This document shows, one piece after another, positions 11,608 to 21,108 of a stretch of 64,000 bases of DNA. Source of the stretch: an uncultured Pseudomonadota bacterium (lineage in GTDB: Bacteria; Oederibacteriota; Muellerivitia; Muellerivitales; Muellerivitaceae); contig CAWIIP010000002.1 of NCBI GenBank assembly GCA_963836235.1, forward strand, positions 1,504,001 through 1,568,000. The letters are read 5' to 3'. The translations under genes were made by a program, and so were the position numbers. Each line of letters opens with the position of its first letter. Position 1 is the first letter of the stretch. The notes beneath the pieces are model-generated. The model searched no databases. It was not told the origin of the DNA and worked only from the letters and a program-made list of their open reading frames with translations.

Positions 11608-12870
11608 ATGGAAGACTTTTACGATTACAAAAGATTTTATGTTCTTTATGTGGACGATGAGGAAAAATCCCTGAAGTATTTCCGGGAAACTTTTGGGGAT
11701 AAATTCGCCGTCTTGACCGCTCCTAATGCCGAGGAAGGTTTCCGCATCTTAAAGGAAAATCAGGACCGCGTGGCGGTTCTCATGACGGACCAGCGCATGC
11801 CGGGGGAAAAAGGCATCCAGCTTTTGGAAAAGGCCAGGCTATTAAAGCCACGCATCATTCGCGTATTGGTTACCGCTTACTCGGACCTTGAAACGGCCAT
11901 CGAGTCCGTGAACACGGGCGCCATTTATAAATATGTCACTAAACCCTGGGATATCCCTCAATTGGAAGTCACTTTAAAACGCGGAATTGAGTTTTTCATC
12001 GTCCAAAACGAAAGAGACCAGCTTTTACGGGAAAAAATGTCCACGCTTTACAATGTCATGCTGACGGACCGGATATTGAGCCTGGGAATTCTGGCAACAG
12101 GCTTAAGCCATCATATTCGCAACTCCATGGTGGCCGTCAAAACCTTCCTCGACCTCACCCCCAAGAAATTGGAGGAGGAAAATCTCAATTTGGAACAATT
12201 GAGGAACCCGGATTTTTGGAGTGATTATTATAAAAAAGTCCAGAACCAGATGGATAAAGTCGCCCATCTCTTAAGCGATCTTTGGGAGTCCTCCGAACTT
12301 CCGGTCAACGAGTTTCCTGATAAGGTCAAGTTGAATCAATTGTTACCCGAGGTCATCGCCCAGATGAAAACCCATTTAGACCAAAAGGGAATCATCGTGG
12401 AAAACAAGCTTTCCAGCGAGCTACCCGAACTGAAGGTGGACGGTAAAAAATTCCGGCGTCTTTTCGAGATGCTTCTTAAGGAAGAAACCGCGGCTTTGGC
12501 TCCTGGCGGGCGGATAAAATTTACCGCGCAAGTCACAGGCCCCAAGGAAGGGCCCTCTGAGATTCAACTGGAGATGGAAGACAATGGCCCTGAAATGGCC
12601 TCGGACGCCCTGCGTTCCATCTTCGATCCTTTCTTTGTCCGGTCCGGCAATCCCCAGGAGTTCGGTATTTACCTTATGTCTTGTTTTTTCATTGTCTATC
12701 ACCATGGCGGGCGGATTTCAGCGCACCGCGAGGCCAATCGGGGAAATATATTTACTTTGATTTTTCCGGTGAATCCCGCCGTAAAGCGGTCTTCCGTTGA
12801 GGAAAGGGATTTTGTCAGCAAAATCCTGATTAATGAAACCATGTGGGAAAAATTACTTTCCGGAAATTGA
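11608..12870 (+). CDS. Response regulator REC domain fused to a degenerate histidine kinase domain (PhcR/PhcQ-like)
   Basis: YVDDE, TDQRMPG and YVTKPW form the REC domain. H-box-like LSHHIRN is present, while the N and G2 boxes are degenerate. AAGGAG SD precedes ATG 11608. Confidence 0.82.
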   Translation: MEDFYDYKRFYVLYVDDEEKSLKYFRETFGDKFAVLTAPNAEEGFRILKENQDRVAVLMTDQRMPGEKGIQLLEKARLLKPRIIRVLVTAYSDLETAIESVNTGAIYKYVTKPWDIPQLEVTLKRGIEFFIVQNERDQLLREKMSTLYNVMLTDRILSLGILATGLSHHIRNSMVAVKTFLDLTPKKLEEENLNLEQLRNPDFWSDYYKKVQNQMDKVAHLLSDLWESSELPVNEFPDKVKLNQLLPEVIAQMKTHLDQKGIIVENKLSSELPELKVDGKKFRRLFEMLLKEETAALAPGGRIKFTAQVTGPKEGPSEIQLEMEDNGPEMASDALRSIFDPFFVRSGNPQEFGIYLMSCFFIVYHHGGRISAHREANRGNIFTLIFPVNPAVKRSSVEERDFVSKILINETMWEKLLSGN

Positions 12871-12903
12871 AGTCGTGTTCACGCGGGACCCTAAAAATAA
12901 AAA

Positions 12904-12971
12904 CCCTCCCCCTCAATGAAGAGAAGGAGGGCATATTCACCGTTAAAAGCATTGGGCACCGCTTTTAACGG
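12904..12971. terminator. Two hairpins between convergent genes (probable bidirectional terminator)
   Basis: ccctcc...ggaggg (12904-12931) and a perfect 11-bp stem ccgttaaaagc/gcttttaacgg (12940-12971). Confidence 0.55.
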
Positions 12972-12997
12972 AACAACCCTTCTTGTAATAAAAAACT

Positions 12998-15133
12998 CTA
13001 AAGAGTTTGAATCTTTTCATGAATAATTTTGTCCAGCGTTTCCTGCAAAGTCGGATTTTTCTCCCCCATCAAAGATTCAAGAAAACTCCAAACTTCCGGC
13101 TGATTGATCTTGGTCAGAGCCCGGATGGCTTCTAGCCGCACGGGAAGGGAGAAGTTTTTCCCCCGAAACAATGGTTTTTTCCGCGCGATGTCTTGGAGGA
13201 AATCCATGCCTTCCGGAACGGCCAAATCCCCCAAGGCTTGGCATACCGAGGCAAGAAAAATGTCGTTATTTGAGAACCGTCCTTCTCGCATTTTCGACGC
13301 TTTTAAAAGCACCGGAACCCCGGCCGTAAAGTGAATCTTTCCGATCACTCTCGCCGCCATGGCGGCAATTTCCTCCGAATCGTCCAATACCGCCAGCCTC
13401 AGGGCTGGTCCACCCGCTGGGTCACCTACTTCCTCAATCAAACTTAACAGGTCCAACTTTAATTCCCGGCTTCCCCGGGAAAGCCAGGCGGAAAGCAGAA
13501 GCGAAAGTCCCGGGTCCATGCCGCAGACCCTAAGAATCGGCATCAATTGTGGTATTTCGCTTTCATTCTGGATATAGGCCAGCCATTCGGTCAAAGCGGA
13601 CCGGACCGGTCCTTTCATCCCGGCGAACAGTTTTAAGTACCCGCTTTTGTCCGGGGCCGACGAAACGAGGAAATCGTCCAAAAGAATCGGCGCCGCCATT
13701 TCCCCCAGAAGCGGGAAATGGTCAAGCTGTTCCGCCTTGCAGGCGCAAAGGACAAATCGGCGGATGAGGTCGGGCGTGGACCGCTCGAAAAGCCAATGCC
13801 GGGCGATATGCGCCCTTTCCGGGAAAGAGGCTACATCCTCATCGGCGTGAAAGTGAAGGGTGGACAAGAGGGTTAAGGCGGAGTGTTCGTTCCCATCGGC
13901 CATGGCAGGTTCCATCAGGTCCCAAGCCAGCAAAAGGGCCGTTTGGTAAAGCCCGGGCGTTGTTTCTGTTGCTAATAAAGCGTTCAAGTGATCCAGAACT
14001 TTTCGCAGCAAATCGGCCTGCCGCACCCAGGGGCGGGCGTCCATGAGATGGGTCAAGGCCAGTTGTCTTTCGAACGAATTACCGCTCAAATTTTGGGCCA
14101 AGCAATCGACCGTTTTTTCCACCAGTTCCTGTTTTCCATTGGCCCCCCAATAAGCCAGGCACTCATTCACCAGGCCTTCCGTCGCGGGATCCAAAAGGAC
14201 GGCCATCCAGTTGTTCCTGACCGCGAGTTCCAATAGGGGATACATGGACGAAGACACATGGCCTTGCATCAGTTCGCCTTGGGGAGTCCGGAACCACTCG
14301 TAAATATGAGCGAATTCAGGAGAGGATTTTTCCATGCGGTCCAAGAGCCGGTCGAATAATTTATCGAAAGAAAGGGCCAAGCCCGCCATTTCTGGAGAAG
14401 CGTTTAAATTTTTCTTTTGTAATTGGGAATATTGCCATGCTTCGGCCACAAAACTTAAAAGCGCCTCACTGGAACGGACTTCAGTTTCAGGAGATGTCCT
14501 GGTGAAGGCCAAGGAAATATTTTCATCTTTAAGGATTTCCTTCAGGGAGAAAGAAGCGTCCTTCGTTTCATTGAGGGACATGGCCGACAGCGTGGGGAGT
14601 TCCACCGGTGGGATCTCAAAAGGTTTTAAAAAAACGTTTTCTTTTTGAGCGAACAGGTCACTCGGCGCCGCTATCGTTTTTTCTTCCAGAGTTTCCACCT
14701 CTTCCAGGACTTTAACCGCGTCTTCCAATGAAAGGACATGGATACAAGAGGGATCTTTTAGGGATTCCACCGGGCTGGAGACCGGCAGGGAAATTTGTCT
14801 CAACCAAGACGTCAATTCCCCGGCGGTCACTCCATTTATCAATTCAACTCCCCGGATATTCTTGTCCTGGAAAATTTTCAAGAGGTCGTCCAATTCGGAC
14901 AGATCGGAGCCATTGAGCAGAAGCTTGTCCCCTTCCAGGTAGAGGGCTAAGGGACCGAAGGCCAGAAGTAATTTTTGGATATCCTTGTGGCATTTTTGGA
15001 CGGCTTGAACCACAAAGGGGCTGTCACTGGAATAAAAGGAAACGTAACTGAGGGCTGCTTTGAAATCCCTTATCAATTGGGGTAAAGAAATTTGGTGGGC
15101 TTTAGACACAGGCTTCACTTGAATCAGGTTCAT
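12998..15133 (-). CDS. HEAT-repeat-containing protein
   Basis: 711-aa Leu/Ala-rich helical protein with C-terminal HEAT/PBS-like repeats (AAMAARVIGKI, VCQALGDL, VRLEAIRALTKI). Confidence 0.7.
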   Translation of the reverse strand: MNLIQVKPVSKAHQISLPQLIRDFKAALSYVSFYSSDSPFVVQAVQKCHKDIQKLLLAFGPLALYLEGDKLLLNGSDLSELDDLLKIFQDKNIRGVELINGVTAGELTSWLRQISLPVSSPVESLKDPSCIHVLSLEDAVKVLEEVETLEEKTIAAPSDLFAQKENVFLKPFEIPPVELPTLSAMSLNETKDASFSLKEILKDENISLAFTRTSPETEVRSSEALLSFVAEAWQYSQLQKKNLNASPEMAGLALSFDKLFDRLLDRMEKSSPEFAHIYEWFRTPQGELMQGHVSSSMYPLLELAVRNNWMAVLLDPATEGLVNECLAYWGANGKQELVEKTVDCLAQNLSGNSFERQLALTHLMDARPWVRQADLLRKVLDHLNALLATETTPGLYQTALLLAWDLMEPAMADGNEHSALTLLSTLHFHADEDVASFPERAHIARHWLFERSTPDLIRRFVLCACKAEQLDHFPLLGEMAAPILLDDFLVSSAPDKSGYLKLFAGMKGPVRSALTEWLAYIQNESEIPQLMPILRVCGMDPGLSLLLSAWLSRGSRELKLDLLSLIEEVGDPAGGPALRLAVLDDSEEIAAMAARVIGKIHFTAGVPVLLKASKMREGRFSNNDIFLASVCQALGDLAVPEGMDFLQDIARKKPLFRGKNFSLPVRLEAIRALTKINQPEVWSFLESLMGEKNPTLQETLDKIIHEKIQTL

Positions 15134-15534
15134 GGTCTCCTCCGAGGGGGAATAACATCAGAACCGTATTTCAAGCGGTGAATTAATTGGTCGTCATACA
15201 ATCTTCACCTCAAAATTAGCACTGATAGGAAAGCGAAAAATAGTGAAAAAGCTCAGAAAAAGGGAAACTCGTTTTCCCGTTAAAGATGGTTGAATAGCTC
15301 TTTGAAATAGTATTAATCCTGTCGGATGCAAGGATTGGTGGCCCCTCTCCATCCTTCCCACCAGCAAATGGGCTTTTTAGGGCCATTCCGCGGAAAGCGC
15401 CGCATTATTTTTATCGTCTCCGGGTTTTTAATTGGTAAAATGGTTCTGCTCAAAACAGTCTGACCTCTTGATTCGTCCTAATGCCCAAGAGGAAAATAGA
15501 GGCGGGTCAGACTCAACTCGAAGGAGAAATTAAG

Positions 15535-15948
15535 ATGGAACAACGCAAACTAGTTCTGGCTTTATCCCTGTTGGCCGCTACGACTCTGGCGGTCGGTTGC
15601 GGTAACACCAAGCGGATTGAAAGCACTGAAGTGCCGAAAGCGGCTCCCGCCGCCGAGCCGGTTAAGGCCGTCACCTCAGACCATTATATGGTCGCTGATC
15701 ATGACACGCTTTGGAGCATCGCCGGTAAAACGGATATCTATAGTGATAACTTCCAATGGCCCCTCATCTTCAAGGCCAACCGGGACACCATCAAGGATCC
15801 GGATTTGATCTATCCCAAGCAGGACTTTGCGATTCAAAAGGGCCTGTCGGATGAAGAGACTTCCCAAGCGAAGAGTTTGGCCATGAAGACTCCCAAGTAC
15901 GTTCCCCATAGCAAGCCGAGGGAAACCCTGCCGTTGGATTATTTTTGA
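15535..15948 (+). CDS. LysM peptidoglycan-binding lipoprotein
   Basis: Lipobox AVGC and LysM HYMVADHDTLWSIA...WPLIFKANRD.IKDPDLIYP. AAGGAG SD precedes ATG 15535. Confidence 0.88.
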   Translation: MEQRKLVLALSLLAATTLAVGCGNTKRIESTEVPKAAPAAEPVKAVTSDHYMVADHDTLWSIAGKTDIYSDNFQWPLIFKANRDTIKDPDLIYPKQDFAIQKGLSDEETSQAKSLAMKTPKYVPHSKPRETLPLDYF

Positions 15949-15962
15949 TCAAGGTTTTTCCA

Positions 15963-15994
15963 AGCCCGTTCCCGAAAGGGGACGGGCTTTTTTT
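15963..15994 (+). terminator. Rho-independent terminator
   Basis: agcccgttccc-gaaa-ggggacgggct followed by a T run. Confidence 0.85.
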
Positions 15995-16070
15995 GTTTAT
16001 GGGGATTGAAAAAGGATTTTGAAACACCTGAAGATGGTCATGTCCTAATCATCGCTCTTGGGAGAACTTA

Positions 16071-17051
16071 ATGAAAGCCATTCTGGTTAAGGAATTCGGC
16101 GGGCCGGAAGTATTGATAATGGAAGAAGTTCCCGATTTAAAACCAGGAAAAGGCCAAGTGTTAGTCCGGTTGGAAGCCGCGGGCGTGAATCCCGTGGAGG
16201 CTTATGTCCGTTCGGGCAATTACGCCCGTATCCCGGTTTTACCCTATACACCCGGCGCGGATGGAGCGGGAGTCGTGACGGCCATTGGACGGGGCGTAAA
16301 GAAAATTAAAATCAACGCCCGAGTCTACGTGGAGGGCGCCCTCACCGGAACCTACGCCCAAGCCTGCCTGGCCGACGCGCGAAACGTCCATCCCTTGCCG
16401 TCCTTCACTACTTTCGCCCAAGGCGCGGCACTGGGTGTTCCCTACGGCACGGCCCATCAATCCTTATTCGAAAGGGCGAAAGCCAAAAAGGGCGAGACCC
16501 TTTTGGTGCATGGCGCGTCCGGCGGTGTGGGGGTGGCTTGCGTCCAATTGGCGAGGGCGGCGGGCCTCAAGGTGATCGGCACGGCGGGAACAGAGGAAGG
16601 GTTGGTGCTCATCAAGGAACAGGGAGTCCACCTAGCCCTCAACCACCGGTCGCCGGGTTATTTGGAAGAATTGAAATCCTTTACTGGCGGCAAAGGTGTC
16701 GACGTCATTTTGGAAATGGCCGCCCATGCCAATTTAGTAAAAGACCTACCGCTTCTTGCCAAACATGGCCGGGTGGTGGTGATCGGCTCCCGGGGGCCGG
16801 TGGAGATAAATCCCCGCGACCTGATGGGCCGGGACGCGGCCATCCTCGGCATGACCCTCTTCAACGCGACACCGGAGCAAAGAGTTGAAATCCATAAGGA
16901 CCTGGTGAAAGGATTAAAGGCTAAAAAGTTAAAACCCGTCATCGGTAAGGAATTTCCGCTTGCCGAGGCCGCCCAAGCCCACCAACTGGTGATGGAACCG
17001 GGCGCCTTCGGTAAAATTGTGCTCCTCTGCGATGGAAACCCCCATGGATGA
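16071..17051 (+). CDS. qor: NADPH:quinone oxidoreductase (zeta-crystallin/MDR family)
   Basis: MKAI...FGGPEVL, AAGVNPVE, PYTPGADGAG, LVHGASGGVG, GKIVL. Confidence 0.9.
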   Translation: MKAILVKEFGGPEVLIMEEVPDLKPGKGQVLVRLEAAGVNPVEAYVRSGNYARIPVLPYTPGADGAGVVTAIGRGVKKIKINARVYVEGALTGTYAQACLADARNVHPLPSFTTFAQGAALGVPYGTAHQSLFERAKAKKGETLLVHGASGGVGVACVQLARAAGLKVIGTAGTEEGLVLIKEQGVHLALNHRSPGYLEELKSFTGGKGVDVILEMAAHANLVKDLPLLAKHGRVVVIGSRGPVEINPRDLMGRDAAILGMTLFNATPEQRVEIHKDLVKGLKAKKLKPVIGKEFPLAEAAQAHQLVMEPGAFGKIVLLCDGNPHG

Positions 17052-17259
17052 TAGTTTTAAGGAACAGCTTCAAAAGCAGGCCTTGGAAGCCACGGTCAAG
17101 ACGGTCCAAGAAAAAATCGCCTCCCTGGTTTGTCCGATCCACCAACAAAGCCCCAAGCTAAAGTTCTCGGAGGATTCGGGCCCGGGGGAGAAAAAGATGT
17201 CTTTTGACTGCTGTTGCGATACTTTGTCCCGGATACTTCAAGAAGCCTTGAAGACTTGA
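17044..17259 (+). CDS. Small hypothetical protein with CPxH and CCC motifs
   Basis: 71-aa ORF overlapping the qor stop, with LVCPIHQQ...FDCCCD. Confidence 0.55.
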   Translation: MDDSFKEQLQKQALEATVKTVQEKIASLVCPIHQQSPKLKFSEDSGPGEKKMSFDCCCDTLSRILQEALKT

Positions 17260-17289
17260 GTCGGGTCTTGTTTTTCCCAAATTCTTTTA

Positions 17290-19419
17290 TCAATACTCGT
17301 CATTCTTTTTTTCGGGCAGGGGACTTTTGCTGAAGGTTTGAAAGTAGAGCAGGCATTTGTCACTCCACTGTTTCGCTTCTTTCACCTGAAGGCTCAGCTT
17401 GTTCTCCACAACCTGCCAACGTTCGCCGTCTACCCGTCCTTTCAGCGTCGCCCATTGTTTTTCCATTCCCGAGGCTTCTCCCACTCCCTGACCATAGCGG
17501 CCAATCAGTTCTTCCCAAAAAGTTTTTCCCGATTTCATGGGGTGGTCCCAGGCAACGTGGTGGAACCAAAGCAGGTAATCCTCGGGGCAGGTGGTCAGTC
17601 TGTTCCATCGGTTGGGAAGGGGGGGATGGTATTGGTCTACCGCGTCGCTGCCTAGGCGGGTGCGGTCGAATCCCAATCCCTTGGGGTCGGCCCGCACATA
17701 GTAAGACGCTGACCAGTCGACTCGGCGGGGGTCCACCATGCTGGGGTCGGGGGCGTAATGGATATCCTTCTCGAAGACACCGTTGAGACCCAACGGAGTC
17801 GCGTAATCCACGAAGGCTTGGCGGGAGCCCATCATGAGGGTGGTGATAGTCGAGACGACTTCCGGGTCATTGCTCCAGGTAAGACGGGCCCATTCTTCTG
17901 CGATAGATTCGGCGCTTAAAGACGGGTTCCAGGCCAAGCGTCCGAAGGCGTACCAATTGGCCTGGGCGAAGGGGTGGCCGCACCAATCCCGGCTGTCACC
18001 CGTGTTGGCCACGCCCGCGATGGCGCTGTCCGCATGATTCTCGAGCGTTCCTTCCACGACCTTCTCTACCGTCGAGCGGGGCCCTTGGGCGTAAGTGTCT
18101 GAATTCAAAAATTCCTTCCATATCGGCGCCAGGTAAACCAGGTGGGTCGAATGGCCCAGGTATTCCTGGGTCACTTCCAGTTCCGCCGCCAGGTGGGTCT
18201 GGGGCATGGCGCCGAAAAGGGGGCTGAAGGGCTCCCGGGGCTGGAAGTCCAAGGGGCCGTTTTTGACCTGCACGAAAACATTCGGATCGAACTGGCCGTC
18301 CAGGGGTTTGAATTCCTTGTAAGCCCGCTTGATGCGGTCGGCGTCCACCTTGTCGTCGTAAACGAAAGCCCGCCACATCACTATGCCGCCGTGGGGGGCG
18401 AGGACCCGGGCCAGCAGATTGGCTCCCTGCGCGTGGGTCCGTTGGTAGTCCTGGGGCCCAGGCTGGCCTTCGCTGTTGGCTTTCACCAGGAAACCGCCGA
18501 AGTCGGGTATGAGGCCATAAATTTCTTCGGCCTTGGCCTTCCACCATTTTTGAGCCGCCGGGTCCAGGGGATCGGCGGTGGGCAGGCCGCCTATGGCCTT
18601 GGGTGCGCCGAAGTTGGCCGAAAGGTAAACCCGGATGCCATAAGGCCGCAGGGCCTTGGCCAGGGCGGCGGCTTTTTCCAGATAGGGCGCGGTCAGTATA
18701 TAGGGATCGGCGTTCACGTTGTTCAGCACGGTTCCGTTCAAGCCGATGGAAGCGCAGGCCCTGGCGTAGTCCGTGACGCGGGAATCCACCTGGTCGGGAA
18801 GCTCATCCCATTTCCAGAGGGACTTGCCCGCGTAGCCCCGCTCGATGCTCCCATCCAGATTGTCCCAGTGGTCCAGAATCCTCCGGTGGATGTGAGGCTT
18901 CTCGGTGATATTGAGTTTGTCGATAGGTTGGTGGGTTCCGATGAGCCTCAGCAGGTGAAAGGTGCCGTAGAGGCAGCCGACGGGGTTTCGCGAAGCGATC
19001 ACGGTGACCCGGTGGTCTTCCATGATGGAAGAACGAATGAGATAGCCCTCCGGGCCCAACCGGGCCAGCTCCCCGTCCCATTTCAAACCGGATACTAGGG
19101 GTGAGGTTTCGGGGGTGCCAACCACCAGCGCGCCGTCTTTAAGGGTGGCCGTTGTGGGGATAGCGGTATCCAGCATTCCTTGTAGGCCCCGTCGCAGTTC
19201 TTCGGTCAGGATGCGATCTGTTTCCGTGTTCCCCTGGGCCACGATGGAGGAAATTTTGGACCGGTAGCTGTCGCACAAGGTCCTATCCTCCACCTTTGCG
19301 TACCTTAGCCAAAGCCGATAGCCGTCCTCAGCCTGGACAAGCGAAGTTCCGCCCCAAAATAAAACCGCTGCCAACAAGATAGGTTGGACGTAGGACCCAT
19401 AGGGTGAAGGTGAATTCAT
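17290..19419 (-). CDS. aguA: Alpha-glucuronidase, glycoside hydrolase family 67
   Basis: EDGYRLWLRY, HWDNLDGSIERGYAG, NNVNA, FLVKANSEGQPGP, VKNGPLDFQPREP, ELEVTQEYLG, LLWFHHV, plus a signal peptide. Confidence 0.95.
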   Translation of the reverse strand: MNSPSPYGSYVQPILLAAVLFWGGTSLVQAEDGYRLWLRYAKVEDRTLCDSYRSKISSIVAQGNTETDRILTEELRRGLQGMLDTAIPTTATLKDGALVVGTPETSPLVSGLKWDGELARLGPEGYLIRSSIMEDHRVTVIASRNPVGCLYGTFHLLRLIGTHQPIDKLNITEKPHIHRRILDHWDNLDGSIERGYAGKSLWKWDELPDQVDSRVTDYARACASIGLNGTVLNNVNADPYILTAPYLEKAAALAKALRPYGIRVYLSANFGAPKAIGGLPTADPLDPAAQKWWKAKAEEIYGLIPDFGGFLVKANSEGQPGPQDYQRTHAQGANLLARVLAPHGGIVMWRAFVYDDKVDADRIKRAYKEFKPLDGQFDPNVFVQVKNGPLDFQPREPFSPLFGAMPQTHLAAELEVTQEYLGHSTHLVYLAPIWKEFLNSDTYAQGPRSTVEKVVEGTLENHADSAIAGVANTGDSRDWCGHPFAQANWYAFGRLAWNPSLSAESIAEEWARLTWSNDPEVVSTITTLMMGSRQAFVDYATPLGLNGVFEKDIHYAPDPSMVDPRRVDWSASYYVRADPKGLGFDRTRLGSDAVDQYHPPLPNRWNRLTTCPEDYLLWFHHVAWDHPMKSGKTFWEELIGRYGQGVGEASGMEKQWATLKGRVDGERWQVVENKLSLQVKEAKQWSDKCLLYFQTFSKSPLPEKKNDEY

Positions 19420-19447
19420 AACGCTCTCCAAAAAATATGATCCCTCT

Positions 19448-19996
19448 TCATCTTTTGCCGTACTTGGTGCCCTTTGTGCCTTGGTGGTTCAATGGCTTTT
19501 TGGGGGTGTATCGTCCCAGAAGTTCCGCCGCCGAACCCACCAGGATGGCGAAGCCCAAGCCAATGGAAGTCTCAACGAAGCGGGCCCAGGCATAGTCCCA
19601 AGGCTTGTCCCCATGGAAGAGGATGACGATGCCCGTGATATAGCCGGTAATCTTGGCCGCGTCCTTCAAGCCGATGAGGGGGCAAATCAGGATCGCCAAA
19701 AGCACCCCGGCGGCCATCACCAGGGGTGTGTGCCCCAGAAGCGTTCCCAGCCCGCCTCCCAAGCCGGCCCCGATCACGTTTCCCACCAGCCTGAGAAGCC
19801 CCGTGCGCCGGGTTACTTCCGGCGAAGGGTCGGTGACCACGATGGCCGCGATGACGGCGTAAATGGGAAAATCCATGCCCAACCGCAAGGCCACCCAGGC
19901 CGAGAGCAGGCTCGCCAAAGCCGCCCGCAGGCCGATTTGAAGGCCCTGTTCCAGGTTTTGGGAAAAGGGGGAAGGTTGTTTTTTCTTTTTGGCCAT
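19448..19996 (-). CDS. FUSC / aromatic acid exporter family membrane protein
   Basis: PIYAVIAAIVVTD, RLVGNVIGA and ARFVETSIG motifs in a hydrophobic protein. Confidence 0.8.
   Translation of the reverse strand: MAKKKKQPSPFSQNLEQGLQIGLRAALASLLSAWVALRLGMDFPIYAVIAAIVVTDPSPEVTRRTGLLRLVGNVIGAGLGGGLGTLLGHTPLVMAAGVLLAILICPLIGLKDAAKITGYITGIVILFHGDKPWDYAWARFVETSIGLGFAILVGSAAELLGRYTPKKPLNHQGTKGTKYGKR
19463..19492 (-). repeat. 30-bp REP-like repeat, copy 1 (inside the FUSC 3' end)
   Basis: cttggtgccctttgtgccttggtggttcaa is 28/30 identical to the copy at 21059-21088. Confidence 0.85.
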
Positions 19997-20069
19997 AAAA
20001 TCCCGCTCCGGGTATCAATCATGATGGACCGACATATTTTTATGGAGATTCAAGATAAATGGAAATGAC

Positions 20070-20912
20070 TTAGGCAGGAACCAATTCGTCGTAAGTCCGG
20101 ATTTTAGAGATGACTTCCTCAATTAAGTAGTCCGGCGTCGAGGCCCCGGCGGTAATGCCCACCTTGCTTTTACCCTCGAACCATTTCGAGTCCAGTTCCT
20201 GGGCGGTTTCCACGTGGTAGGTGTCGTTGGGAAGGTTCATCTTGCAGGTATCGGCCAGCTTGTGGGTGTTGCTGGAATTGCGGCCCCCGATGACGATCAT
20301 AATTTGCATAGTTTTGGAGAGCGCGGCGGCGGCGGTTTGGCGGTCCTTGGTGGGCTTGCAGATGGTGTTCACTGTAACCACCTCGGCACAACGGGCCTTC
20401 AAGAGCGACACGAACTTATCGAACTTTTCCATTAAAAGGGTGCTTTGGCAGACCACGCCGACTTTCGATCCCTCCGGCACGGTCTGGATATCCTCTTCGT
20501 GGTACACAATCAGGGGGTTTTTCATGCGGCTGGCGATGCCCTTTACTTCCACGTGCTTGGGGTCGCCGATGATGACGATTTGCAGGCCATGGGCTTCCAG
20601 CTTGTGGCCCTCGTTGTAGATTTTGGTGACCAGGGGGCAGGTGGTGTCGATGATTTCCAGGTTCCGTTCCTTCATCTGGCCGATCACGTTGATGTCCAAC
20701 CCGTGGGCGGTGATGACCACCCGGTTGTCCTCCACGTCCTCCAGCGAATGGACGATTTTCTTGTTCAGGGAAGCCAGCCGGGCCACTTCCTGGGGGTTAT
20801 GGATGAGGGAGCCGAAGATGAAGGCGCGGTCCATGGTTTCGGCCTTTTGGATGGCCTTCTTCACGCCGAAGCAGAACCCGGCGGCATTGGCGATTTGGAT
20901 TTCACGCGGCAT
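20070..20912 (-). CDS. ispH: 4-hydroxy-3-methylbut-2-enyl diphosphate reductase
   Basis: AGFCFGV, LIHNP, ITAHG, DTTCPLV, HVEVKG, NTIC, GGRNSSNT, GITAGASTP. The start is placed at MPREIQ. Confidence 0.96.
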   Translation of the reverse strand: MPREIQIANAAGFCFGVKKAIQKAETMDRAFIFGSLIHNPQEVARLASLNKKIVHSLEDVEDNRVVITAHGLDINVIGQMKERNLEIIDTTCPLVTKIYNEGHKLEAHGLQIVIIGDPKHVEVKGIASRMKNPLIVYHEEDIQTVPEGSKVGVVCQSTLLMEKFDKFVSLLKARCAEVVTVNTICKPTKDRQTAAAALSKTMQIMIVIGGRNSSNTHKLADTCKMNLPNDTYHVETAQELDSKWFEGKSKVGITAGASTPDYLIEEVISKIRTYDELVPA

Positions 20913-20929
20913 AAAAACCTCGAAGGAGT

Positions 20930-21088
20930 TTGAACCACCAAGGCACCAAGGGCACCAAGGAAGATTAGGCCAAAGGCAAAAGCCTTTGTGAAAGTGGATT
21001 ATATATAATGACGTCCCTAAACCATAGAGGCCTTCCCGGGCCAAGAATTTTAGCTTTTCTTGGTGCCCTTGGTGTCTTGGTGGTTCAA
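20930..21088. repeat. Inverted pair of 30-bp repeats (20930-20959 / 21059-21088) enclosing the ispH/addB divergent promoter region
   Basis: ttgaaccaccaaggcaccaagggcaccaag matches the reverse complement of cttggtgcccttggtgtcttggtggttcaa at 29/30. Back-to-back TATAAT boxes lie at 20998-21009. Confidence 0.88.
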
Positions 21089-21108
21089 TCTTTCTTTAAG
21101 GACTTTCC

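Noticed and set aside
15300-15535. c-di-AMP (ydaO) riboswitch upstream of the LysM gene
   Set aside because: The conserved sequence blocks were not recognisable. Only generic hairpins were seen.
20913-21044. N-terminal extension of IspH in the ORF track
   Set aside because: It is read-through of the repeat and promoter region. IspH homology begins at MPREIQ (20912).
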